A stretch of DNA of 64,000 nucleotides from NCBI GenBank assembly GCA_965219455.1, contig OZ244744.1, forward strand, positions 4,928,001-4,992,000. Reading direction: 5' to 3'. The notes under the pieces were generated by a model. That model had not been told where the DNA came from and made no database searches. It saw only the letters and a program-made list of their open reading frames with translations. The position numbers were made by a program, and so were the translations under genes. Of this stretch, positions 18,328 to 27,826 are shown one piece after another. How positions within the stretch are numbered: position 1 is the first letter of the stretch; the number at the start of each line of letters is the position of its first letter. The stretch comes from Candidatus Latescibacterota bacterium (lineage in GTDB: Bacteria; Latescibacterota; UBA2968; GCA-2709665).

Positions 18328-19155
18328 ATGTCTTTTTCAAAATTACTTAAGAAAAAAGTCCGAGAACGCGCACTCGATCACTGTATCTATTGCCGAAAAA
18401 TATCCGGCAGTTTGCATATACATCATATCATTCAAGAAGGAGACGGCGGGCCAGATACAGAGGATAACGCTGCACCACTTTGCCCTAGCTGTCACGGTGA
18501 TTTTGGGGGTAACCCGGAGAAGCGTTCTCGGATTCGAGAAATGCGAGATCGCTGGTACGATATCTGCGAGAATTGTGTAATTGGATCAAGAAGATATCCT
18601 ATGTCAGGTTCTCTTGAACTAAATCGATATTCATTTGCCAGTGACGAGCTTGTTCATCCTCTGATTGTTCGTGAATTGTTAGGGTGGATTTCCGATTCAT
18701 CAGAGACGGTCGTTGGAGTGGATCTTGAATCGGCTAACAGCAGCAATCGGTTCCACGGAGACTTTGAGATTGATGATCGCGATGGGAGAAAGTGGGTAAC
18801 GTGGTCAGGTTCTGAGAGTCTCGGAAGTGAGTTCTTCACGTACGCTCATATCGTCACTTCTCCGACGGGAGTTGAAATGGTAGAGTGTTACGTTCGTGGT
18901 GGAGGTAGTGGAGTGTTTGGAAGCGTTGGACTCTTTCTTCTGGATCCAGATCGAGCTTTAGACGAATCTTGCTCAGGAAGATTGTCCACGCGGGATCGCC
19001 AAGTCCTTAAGATTCTCGGATCAATTGTTTTAGGCGATAGATACGAAGGTAAATTAACGTATGACGATAAGCTACTTACCATTGGCCGTGATGAAGGCAG
19101 AATCAAATCTCGTGGACGCATTTCAAAGTCTTGCCGCGAGTTTTTCGTTTTATAA
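18328..19155 (+). CDS. HNH endonuclease with an unknown C-terminal domain
   Basis: CIYC...HIHHII...GG.D..DNAAPLCPSCH; lower GC. Confidence 0.8.
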   Translation: MSFSKLLKKKVRERALDHCIYCRKISGSLHIHHIIQEGDGGPDTEDNAAPLCPSCHGDFGGNPEKRSRIREMRDRWYDICENCVIGSRRYPMSGSLELNRYSFASDELVHPLIVRELLGWISDSSETVVGVDLESANSSNRFHGDFEIDDRDGRKWVTWSGSESLGSEFFTYAHIVTSPTGVEMVECYVRGGGSGVFGSVGLFLLDPDRALDESCSGRLSTRDRQVLKILGSIVLGDRYEGKLTYDDKLLTIGRDEGRIKSRGRISKSCREFFVL

Positions 19156-19373
19156 CGATTTTGCATTGTCTCTACAATCCACATATCCTTCAAGCGGACG
19201 GTACGGAACTACAGAGATGGATCAAACCGGTCGGGGGGAAGTTGACAACCGACACAGCAGAAGCGAGCAATTTCTGGTACGCGAATAACCTTCGACGTAC
19301 TCGAAGACGGAATGTCGTGGATTACATTGCATGCTCGCGTTGGCTCGGACGGAAATGGATGGCAAGGAAGCCG

Positions 19374-20210
19374 ATGAACTGTCCAAAGGGTAGTGAGATT
19401 TCGATCGGGGAATGGCTCGATCAAATCGGGGCTACGAAAAAGTATGTCGGTTGCGATGGAGACGGCCCACCGGACTGGGAAATTCAGTACAAGGGTTCCA
19501 CGATTGGTGTTGAGGTGACTCTCCTTCATAACACGGAAGGGTGGAGGAGGACCAATAGGGGAAGAAGAAGAGAGAAGGCCTTTGAAGGGGAACTCAGGCG
19601 CTTGATCGAAGAGATGTCCAAGGAGGGAGGGCAGGAGTGGCATACATTATGCGAGTACGACCCCAGAGTGCCTCGGCCGCCGAGTGATGATGATTGGAAG
19701 GCGCGCGTCCGTGACGCGCTTCGCGATTCACCCTCAGGTGATGGTATTCAATTGTTAACAGAGGGCGATATACAGAGGCGGGGATTGGGGCGCGGAATAG
19801 TGCTGGAGTTTATCCCGGTGTGTGACGGGGAAGGCTTCACAAGAGTCAGCGTCGACGAAGGCTCCTTGGTTGGCACAACGCTTTCCGAACGGCTTATTGC
19901 CAATGTGGACGAAAAAGCAGATAAGGTCAGAAAGGGCAAGAGATCGAAGGAATACAATCAGTGGTGGCTCGTCTTTGACGATGAGATCCTTATGGTTCCC
20001 TTTTCGAATCTTGTCCCCGAAGAAAGATCTGAGATCGTTGCGAGGGTGCATGAATGTGACGGAAGACACCAGTGGAGCAAAATCGTCATAGTTAGCCGAA
20101 TGCAAACCGGTCCGCCACCGGCGAAGCAGAATAAGTGGTTCTACGCTCCGTGGGAGAATCCCAAGCATCCTTCACTTCCGCCGAGCCCGTATTCGGCTAC
20201 GACTACCTGA
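19374..20210 (+). CDS. Hypothetical protein, PD-(D/E)xK-like nuclease candidate
   Basis: PPDWEI...IGVEVT and EK..K...Y..WWLV.D; AAGGAAG upstream of ATG 19374. Confidence 0.55.
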   Translation: MNCPKGSEISIGEWLDQIGATKKYVGCDGDGPPDWEIQYKGSTIGVEVTLLHNTEGWRRTNRGRRREKAFEGELRRLIEEMSKEGGQEWHTLCEYDPRVPRPPSDDDWKARVRDALRDSPSGDGIQLLTEGDIQRRGLGRGIVLEFIPVCDGEGFTRVSVDEGSLVGTTLSERLIANVDEKADKVRKGKRSKEYNQWWLVFDDEILMVPFSNLVPEERSEIVARVHECDGRHQWSKIVIVSRMQTGPPPAKQNKWFYAPWENPKHPSLPPSPYSATTT

Positions 20211-20244
20211 CGGCCGCTGACTCAGCACACAGTCGAAGGATTGT

Positions 20245-20400
20245 TTGAGGGAATCGACTGAAATCAGTTTGGAAGTAGCGGAAGCGTGGGAGGGCGGTTA
20301 CGACGTCAGCGAGCGCCGACAGGGAATCTTCACGCTGATAGACGCCCAGAACGACCTGCGGGCCAAAGGTGTGAGACGCGGTACTCTGCCCACTTCGACG
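20245..20400 (+). pseudogene. Degenerate HicB-like remnant upstream of hsdS
   Basis: TEISLEVAEAWEGGYDV...GIFT. Confidence 0.6.
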
Positions 20401-20460
20401 ACACCATCCCGCAGTCCAAGTTGGTTGATTCCTTTTTGTCCACGATGAGATTGTCTTGGT

Positions 20461-21789
20461 ATGAATTCATATATCGCTGGTGAATTAAGGCCTTATCAGG
20501 GAATGAAGGACTCAGGAGTAAAGTGGCTGGGCAAAATCCCTTCGCATTGGAAAGTATTACCTAACCGTACACTCTTTGAGGAGGTTAAGGAACGCGATCA
20601 CCCTGAAGAACAAATGTTATCTGTAACGATCAAGCGTGGTGTCATACGGCAGAATGAGCTTTTGGATGAAAGCTCACAGAAGGACAGTTCGAACTTAGAT
20701 AAGTCGGCATACAAACAGGTCAAGCCTGGAGACATCGCATATAACAAAATGAGAGCATGGCAGGGTGCCATGGGAGTTTCCGAGTACCAAGGCATCGTCA
20801 GTCCTGCCTATGTTGTTGAGCGGCCTCGTAAGGGAGTTAACTCCAACTTTTCCCATTATTTGCTTCGCACACCTGGATTCGCGAAAGAGGCAGAACGGTG
20901 GTCATACGGGATTAATTCGGACATGTGGAGCCTACGGCCTGAACACTTCAAGATGATCTATACTTGCCTTCCTCCCCTCCAGGAACAAGCCGCCATCGTC
21001 CGTTTCCTCGACCACGCCGACCGGCGCATCCAGCGCTACATCCGCGCCAAGCAGAAGCTGATTGCGCTGCTGGAGGAGCAACGAAAGGCTGCTACACAAG
21101 AAGTGATTCAATCACGAAGTGTTACCTCAAATAAAATCGAGGTCGTTGCAGACTTGGTCGAAAGGCCGATTCACCGTGTGGCCACCGACACTTACACCCC
21201 GATTGGTCTTTACAATCGAGGACGTGGCATCTTTAAAAAGGAACCTCGAAACGGCGGTGAATTGGGAGATTCCGATTTCTTTTGGGTCGAAGAAGGTGAC
21301 TTGGTTCTCAGCGGGCAGTTCGCTTGGGAAGGTGCAATCGCTCTGGCAGGTGGCACTGAGTTTGGGTGCGTTGCAAGTCACCGCTATCCGATCCTACAGG
21401 GTAGGCACAATGTCTTGGATTCAGGATTCTTGCTGGCGTTTTTTCAGACGGATTGGGGCCAGCTTCTTCTTGATCACCACTCAAGAGGTGCGGCGGGAAG
21501 GAACAGGCCTCTCAATGCTAGAACACTTTTGAAAGAGAAGATACCGCTGCCACCTCTTCGCAATCAGATGGATATAGTTAAAATGCTGCGACGCGAAAAA
21601 ATGGTGCGCCAACAGGTCGAAGACTCCAAGAGACTGCTGAATGAATACCAGACCCGCCTAATTTCCGATGTCGTCACCGGCAAGCTCGATGTGCGCGAGG
21701 CGGCGGCTGAACTGCCGGAGGAAGACGTTCACCGCGACACCGAGAAATCGGCGGACGAGTACGCAATCGAAACGGACGTTACCGTATGA
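20461..21789 (+). CDS. hsdS: Type I RM specificity subunit with two TRDs
   Basis: KDSGVKWLGKIPSHW, LPPLQEQAAIVRFLD, RLISDVVTGKLDVRE. Confidence 0.93.
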   Translation: MNSYIAGELRPYQGMKDSGVKWLGKIPSHWKVLPNRTLFEEVKERDHPEEQMLSVTIKRGVIRQNELLDESSQKDSSNLDKSAYKQVKPGDIAYNKMRAWQGAMGVSEYQGIVSPAYVVERPRKGVNSNFSHYLLRTPGFAKEAERWSYGINSDMWSLRPEHFKMIYTCLPPLQEQAAIVRFLDHADRRIQRYIRAKQKLIALLEEQRKAATQEVIQSRSVTSNKIEVVADLVERPIHRVATDTYTPIGLYNRGRGIFKKEPRNGGELGDSDFFWVEEGDLVLSGQFAWEGAIALAGGTEFGCVASHRYPILQGRHNVLDSGFLLAFFQTDWGQLLLDHHSRGAAGRNRPLNARTLLKEKIPLPPLRNQMDIVKMLRREKMVRQQVEDSKRLLNEYQTRLISDVVTGKLDVREAAAELPEEDVHRDTEKSADEYAIETDVTV

Positions 21790-22688
21790 AGGACGGCGAC
21801 AACAACGAGCCTCCAGACGGCAAGGGAATAGAGATGCCGAAACAGGCCATCAAGTTCAAAGAGCCTTCTTGGATCCTGACTTGGTTAGATACGGCCTTGA
21901 AGAAGGAGAAAGAGAAATACAGAAAGTCTCCAATACTGCCAGATATGGTTCCGGGCCACGAATCTGCTCAAGGGTGGGGCTTTGTAGTTGTCGGATACTT
22001 CCTGGTTGAGGAAGCATTCAAGGCCCTTCTTCACGTTCGACAGAAAGGCGTCCCAAAGGAGCATGCGTTGTCGATTCTGTTCGGCCTTCTTGATCAAGAG
22101 GATAAGCTGACCCTCCGTGAATATTATAATGACTTCAGGGCAACTGTAGAAGGAGAACTAGGACGATTTCCATGTGACTCCATCGAGGACTTCCTTGAAA
22201 ACCTAGATGGAGATAAAGTCCAACGAGGGAGATTCATTGGCTCCTTCGATTGGCGGTACTTCCTTATCGAGGAAATGCAGAGCGGGAAAATGCCGTTGGT
22301 CAGCGTGGACTACCTGCATGAGGTCACGTATGGGCTTACGCGGATTGTGGAATGGGTCGTTTACGAGCGATTTTGTCCATCTCAACACACCCATAGCTGG
22401 CGATTGAGGTGGAAACGTCAAGAGAAGTATCGTGACTGGTACACCGTCAGGATGAATTCTGAAGAATGGAGTGATCTGGGAGATCGAATAGAAGAACTCT
22501 GGGGACCAGACTATTGTGGACGGTACGACTTGTGTATATTCCGAGGTGACAACAAAAAGTCTGTATTTGGAAAAGTCCCGCCGGCAAATCTGGATTTGCC
22601 GGTTATTGACAAGAGAAAAGAGATTAGGGTTTTCGATGTAGAAGAAGGATTTAGGAGTATCGGCGTAACGCGTCTGCGCCGTAGGTGA
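21786..22688 (+). CDS. Hypothetical protein coupled to hsdS, HEPN-like N-terminal region
   Basis: ATGA overlap; GYFLVEEAFKALL...KEHALSILF...WRY. Confidence 0.55.
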   Translation: MKDGDNNEPPDGKGIEMPKQAIKFKEPSWILTWLDTALKKEKEKYRKSPILPDMVPGHESAQGWGFVVVGYFLVEEAFKALLHVRQKGVPKEHALSILFGLLDQEDKLTLREYYNDFRATVEGELGRFPCDSIEDFLENLDGDKVQRGRFIGSFDWRYFLIEEMQSGKMPLVSVDYLHEVTYGLTRIVEWVVYERFCPSQHTHSWRLRWKRQEKYRDWYTVRMNSEEWSDLGDRIEELWGPDYCGRYDLCIFRGDNKKSVFGKVPPANLDLPVIDKRKEIRVFDVEEGFRSIGVTRLRRR

Positions 22689-22906
22689 CGGAAACCAAAC
22701 TGGTCATTTGGCATCCACGACGGTGCTTACGGACGCGTCCATCACTGCCGCTCGACGCCCCGGCAAGATCCCATAGGTCCGAGTATGTGTACCGTGGCGC
22801 AGGCACGACGCTTGCGGTAGCGTGATAAACCAGCCCTTGATGTAAAACTCTCAGAGTTCGCGCGCTGCCGCTGGAGTTGCCCGTCGGACGATTAAATCTT
22901 AAATTG

Positions 22907-22939
22907 TCACAGACAGAAACTGTGAGGCTGTGATTGTGA
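22907..22939 (+). promoter_or_regulatory. Putative operator of the RHH antitoxin
   Basis: TCACAG-N7-CTGTGA plus further (C/T)TGTGA repeats at the start codon; similar at 9135-9158. Confidence 0.5.
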
Positions 22940-23298
22940 GAAATATCACCGTATCGGTCGACGAGCAGACACACCGGCTCGCGCGTATCCGTGCGGCGGA
23001 GTTGGATACATCGGTATCGGCGCTGGTGCGGGACTTCCTGAGACATCTGACAGCGGAGCGGGATGCGGGGGGCGAAGCCAGTGCCGAGTCTATTGAATCC
23101 ATCTATCAGCGTCGGTGCAGGCTGCTGCGGGAAGTGCTCGCGGACTTCGATAGACAGGGTATTGGGTTGCGAATGTCCGACAACCTGCCCAGAGAGGCGT
23201 TGTACGACCGCGTCGCGGCAAGGGCCGAGGCTGTCGCCGAGCGCGAGCGGCAGCGCAGCATCTCTGAAGCACTCAGAGTCTCGCCATGCGATTCGTAG
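22936..23298 (+). CDS. RHH-type antitoxin, copy 2
   Basis: Near-identical to 9161-9523. Confidence 0.85.
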   Translation: MRNITVSVDEQTHRLARIRAAELDTSVSALVRDFLRHLTAERDAGGEASAESIESIYQRRCRLLREVLADFDRQGIGLRMSDNLPREALYDRVAARAEAVAERERQRSISEALRVSPCDS

Positions 23299-23711
23299 AT
23301 ACCAATGTCCTGCTGTACGCTGTCAGCGAGGTCCCGGAGGAGGCCGACAAGCGGGCGCGCGCGCTGGAAGTCCTGACAGAACCCGACCTCGCCGCGTCCG
23401 TTCAGGTGCTGCAGGAGTTCTATCACCAAACCACCCGGCCGACACGGATCCGCAGTCTTTCTGGCAATAGAGCTTTGCAATTCCTGGAGCCGATTCTGCT
23501 GTTCCGGATTCAGACCATGACGATTGACGTTTTTCTCGAGGCCATCGCCATCAGCCAGCGCTTTCGGCTGTCCTATTGGGACGCCGCAATTCTCGCCGCG
23601 GCCCACGCCCTGGGCTGCGATGCCGTGTATTCCGAAGATTTGAGTACAGACCAGGACTACGACGGCCTCCGGGTCATAAACCCGTTCACGGACGAGCAGG
23701 CTTCACGGTGA
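23286..23711 (+). CDS. PIN-domain toxin, copy 2
   Basis: FVDTNVLLYA...YWDAAILAAA...YSEDL. Confidence 0.92.
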   Translation: MRFVDTNVLLYAVSEVPEEADKRARALEVLTEPDLAASVQVLQEFYHQTTRPTRIRSLSGNRALQFLEPILLFRIQTMTIDVFLEAIAISQRFRLSYWDAAILAAAHALGCDAVYSEDLSTDQDYDGLRVINPFTDEQASR

Positions 23712-23800
23712 ACACCGACACCACTAAACGCCCCAAACAGAACGAACGTGACACGGGGAATCGTCACGAAATTCCTCATTTACACGAGGTTATGAGAAAT

Positions 23801-24226
23801 ATGAGCCACTCGACTCCACGCTGGAGGTACAGATTCTCCAACTACAAGCGTGCCTTTACGTTGCTGCGGGAAGCGATAGAGACGATGAGTGAGTCCGGAC
23901 TGAGCCAACTTGAAAAGGAAGGAACCATCCGGAGGTTCGAATACACGATGGAACTTGCGTGGAACGTCATGAAGGACTATTTGGAGCACGAGGGCGTCGT
24001 ATTTGAACAGACCACTCCGAGGAACGTCATCAGAAAGGCCTTCGAGACCAACCTGACCGAACACGGGAGGGTATGGATGGACGCACTCGATGCACGAAAC
24101 AAGATGTCCCATACCTACAATTTCGAGCAATTTGAAGAGGTAATAGAGAATATCCGCAGCCGATATCTTGCCGCAATGGAAGACCTTTACCTGGTTCTTT
24201 TGGAGAAGGAGGCGGACATTGACTGA
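23801..24226 (+). CDS. HEPN / nucleotidyltransferase substrate-binding protein, copy 2
   Basis: RFEYTMELAW, RNKMSHTY. Confidence 0.9.
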   Translation: MSHSTPRWRYRFSNYKRAFTLLREAIETMSESGLSQLEKEGTIRRFEYTMELAWNVMKDYLEHEGVVFEQTTPRNVIRKAFETNLTEHGRVWMDALDARNKMSHTYNFEQFEEVIENIRSRYLAAMEDLYLVLLEKEADID

Positions 24227-24560
24227 CCACGGACTTGTCGATGAGGAGCTCGAGACGATTCGGGCAGTTTTGGCCAACTTCGCCGATGAGATCAGACAGG
24301 TTGACCTGTTCGGATCGAGGGCCACGGGAAACTACCGCGGAAATTCCGACGTTGATCTTGTCGTTCACGGAGACGTCAGGGATGCCACGATCGACAGACT
24401 GTGGACTCTGTTCAACGAGAGCAATCTGCCCTTATCGGTTGACGTTGCCAGCTATGAAAGCATGACGTATCGCCCCCTGAAGGCGCATGTCGACGCTGTC
24501 CGGCAATGCCTGTTTTCGGCTCAGGACATCCGGCAGGGCAAGAAAACGCGGGCTACATAG
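24219..24560 (+). CDS. Minimal nucleotidyltransferase (MNT), copy 2
   Basis: TTG start after AAGGAGG; LFGSRATG...SDVDL. Confidence 0.88.
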   Translation: MTDHGLVDEELETIRAVLANFADEIRQVDLFGSRATGNYRGNSDVDLVVHGDVRDATIDRLWTLFNESNLPLSVDVASYESMTYRPLKAHVDAVRQCLFSAQDIRQGKKTRAT

Positions 24561-24689
24561 ACGCCCCAAAACGAGCTCCGGTTACCTTCTATAGTCGCCC
24601 ACTTGTGTGCCGATGATTCATGGCTTAGGAATGCGCGGGATCGGATATTGGCGCAGTCCTGAAGCGTGCCTTCGCAGGATTAAACTTGA

Positions 24690-27600
24690 ATGACCGTCTC
24701 CGACACCACTGAACGCGGGCTTGAACGCCTGATTTGCACCGCCTTGACAGGCCAGGGCTGCGAGGCCCCCGCTGCAGGCACCGTGGGAGAACCGCCCGTG
24801 GGTTATGGCGGTGTCGGCTGGAGTTGCGGCAATCCCCACGACTACGACCGTGAGTACTGCGTCGATCTGGTGCAACTGTCGGCATTCCTGCGCGACACCC
24901 AGCCCGAAGCCGCCGAGGCGTTGACGCTTTCCGAAGAAGGTCCGGTGCGACGTGCGTTTCTGACCCGGCTTCAGGGCGAAATCAGCAAGCGCGGCACCAT
25001 CGACGTGCTTCGCAACGGGATCAAGCACCAATCGTTCCACCTGGATCTGTTCTACGGCACCCCGTCGGCCGGCAACCCGCAGGCACAGGAGTTGTTCGAG
25101 CAGAACCGTTTTACCGTCACGCGGCAGCTTCGCTACAGCCGGGACGAGGCGCAGCGGGCGCTGGACATAGGTCTGTTCATCAATGGTCTGCCGGTGTTCA
25201 CGTTTGAGCTGAAAAACAGCCTCACCAAACAGACGGTGGACGATGCGGTCTGGCAGTACCGAAAGGACCGGAACCCTCGCGAAAAGTTGTTTGAATTCGG
25301 GCGATGCATGGTGCACTTCGCATTGGATGAGCGCGAGGTGCGTTTTTTTTTTGTACACACCTGAAGGGTAAGGCGTCCTGGTTTCTTCCCTTTAACCGCG
25401 GCTGGAACGACGGCGCGGGCAACCCGCCCAACCCGCACGGTCTTTCGGTCTCCTATCTCTGGCGTGAAGTACTCACGCGGGAGAGTCTCACCAACATCCT
25501 CGAGAATTACGCCCAGGTGGTGGCGTCGAAGGACGAAAAGAGCGGCAGGAAGCGGAGTACCCAAATCTGGCCGCGCTTCCATCAGCTCGACGTGGTGCGC
25601 CGTCTGCTGGCCGACGCGGGCGCCCGCGGTGCAGGTCAGCGCTATCTGATCCAGCATTCCGCAGGCAGCGGCAAGAGCAACTCCATCGCCTGGCTCGCCC
25701 ATCAACTGATCCGGCTGGAGAAGGACGATGCTCCCGTTTTCGACTCAATTATCGTCGTAACGGACAGGCTCATCCTGGACCGTCAGATCCGCGACACAAT
25801 CAAACAATACGCCCAGGTGGCGGCAACGGTAGGGCATGCCGACGGCTCGGGCGATCTGCGCCGGTTCATCGAAAGCGGCAAAAAGATTATCATTTCCACC
25901 GTCCAGAAGTTCCCTTTCATTCTGGACGAGATCGGCAACGAGCAGCGTGGGAGGCGCTTCGCCATCATCATCGACGAAGCCCACTCAAGCCAGGGGGGCC
26001 GCACCAGCGCAGCCATGGCGCAGGCGCTGTCGGAAGCCGGCGAAGAAGACGATCTGGATACCTTTGAGGACCGGATCAACCGCCTGATGGAGTCACGAAA
26101 GCTCCTTCCCAACGCCAGTTACTTCGCGTTTACCGCCACGCCCAAAAACAAGACGCTCGAGATCTTTGGCGCCGCGGACCCGCAGCCCGACGGTACGGTG
26201 AGGCATCTCGCCTTCCATAGCTACACGATGAAGCAGGCGGTCCAGGAAGGATTTATCCTCGACGTACTCGCACACTACACGCCGGTGGCGAGTTACTACA
26301 AGCTTGCGAAGACGGTTGAGGAGGATCCCGAATTCGACGTTCGGAAGGCGCAGAAGAAGCTGCGTCGTTTCGTGGAGGGCAGCGATCACGCGATTCGGCT
26401 CAAGGCCGAGATCATGGTCGACCATTTTCATGACCAGGTGCTGAAGCAGGGAAAGATCGGCGGCGCGGCGCGGGCGATGGTTGTCACAAATGGCATCGAG
26501 CGCGCGATCCAGTACTTCCATGCCATCCGCGACTATCTCAGGGAGCGCAAGAGCTCTTACGAGGCTCTGGTCGCCTTCTCCGGCGAGCACGACTACGGTG
26601 GCGCCAGGGTAAGCGAGGCGTCGCTGAACGGTCTGCCTTCCTCCCGGATCGCCAAGCGATTCCAGGAGGATCCATACCGGTTCCTGGTGTGCGCTGACAA
26701 GTTTCAAACCGGCTACGATGAGCCCCTGCTGCACACGATGTACGTGGACAAGACGCTGTCAGGAATAAGGGCCGTGCAGACTCTGTCTCGCCTCAACCGG
26801 GCGCATCCCAGGAAACACGACGTGTTCGTGCTCGACTTTTTCAACGACACCGACACCATTCGCGAAGCGTTCGCGGACTTTTACCGGGCGACGATCCTGG
26901 CCGACGAGACCGACCCCAACAAGCTGCACGACCTGCAGGCGGACCTGGACGGCGCGCAGGTCTATTCCGAGGTGCAGATCGACGAGTTTGTCCGGCGCTA
27001 CCTGGACGGCGAGGAACGCGACCGTCTCGATCCGATCCTGGACGCGTGCGTAGCGGTCTATCGGCGGGAGCTGGACGAAGACGGCCAGGTCGCGTTCAAA
27101 GGTAAGGCCAAAGCCTTCGTGCGAACCTACGCCTTTCTTTCTTCCATCCTACCATACAACGACCCCGCATGGGAAAAGCGTTCGATTTTCCTCAACTTCC
27201 TGGTCCCGAAGTTGCCGGCTCCCGAGGAAGAGGATCTCTCCAAAGGTGTCCTCGATGCGATCGATCTCGACAGCTACCGGGTTGAGAAGCAGGCAATGCA
27301 ACGGATCCTGTTGGCGGACGAGGATGCCGAGATCGATCCGGTACCGGCAGCCGGCGGAGGGCATTACCCGGAGCCGGAATTGGATCGACTCTCCAACATA
27401 CTTCGGGTCTTCAACGAGCATTTTGGCGACATTCAATGGGAAGATGAGGACCGCGTGCAGCAACTCATCTTAGAGACCATACCGGCCCGCGTCGCCGCCG
27501 ACACCGCGTTCCGAAATGCACGCGAAAACTCCGACCGCCAGAATGCCCGGATCGAGCACGACAAGGCGCTGGTTCGGGTGATGACTGGAGTGATGAAAGA

Positions 27601-27700
27601 CGACACCGAACTGTTCAAACTGTACATGGATAACCCGGGCTTCAAGCGCTGGATGGCCGATACCGTTTTCGATCTCGCCTACGAACCGGCAGGTACGTAA
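24690..27700 (+). pseudogene. hsdR: Type I restriction subunit HsdR, full length but frameshifted at a T10 tract (25343-25352)
   Basis: DIGLFINGLPVFTFELK nuclease motif in ORF1; HSAGSGKS, IIDEAHS, FTATP in ORF2; correcting the tract gives EVRF..CTHLKGKASWFLPFNRG into ORF2 with no other stop seen. Confidence 0.93.
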
Positions 27701-27781
27701 CGAGCGCGATCAGCCTTCGAGTCCCGCTTGAAATCTGGGAATGTTGCATAAAACAGGGTTTACGCAACACTTAGTTCGACT

Positions 27782-27819
27782 CCCCCTCTCCTCGCAGGAG
27801 AGGGGGCTGGGGGGAGAGG
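27782..27819. repeat. Hairpin/REP-like element between convergent hsdR and rhaA
   Basis: CCCCCTCTCCT-CGC-AGGAGAGGGGG followed by CTGGGGGGAGAGG. Confidence 0.65.
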
Positions 27820-27826
27820 TTCTTCT

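Noticed and set aside
8168-21789. Invertible hsdS shufflon
   Set aside because: Repeats are direct, not inverted, and no recombinase is present.
9161-24560. Diversity-generating retroelement from near-identical repeats
   Set aside because: No reverse transcriptase, and differences are not confined to adenines.
5491-27700. Duplication as a simple assembly repeat artefact
   Set aside because: Copies differ by many substitutions, distinct TRDs, distinct cargo and microhomology-type deletions. A strain chimera still needs long reads to exclude.
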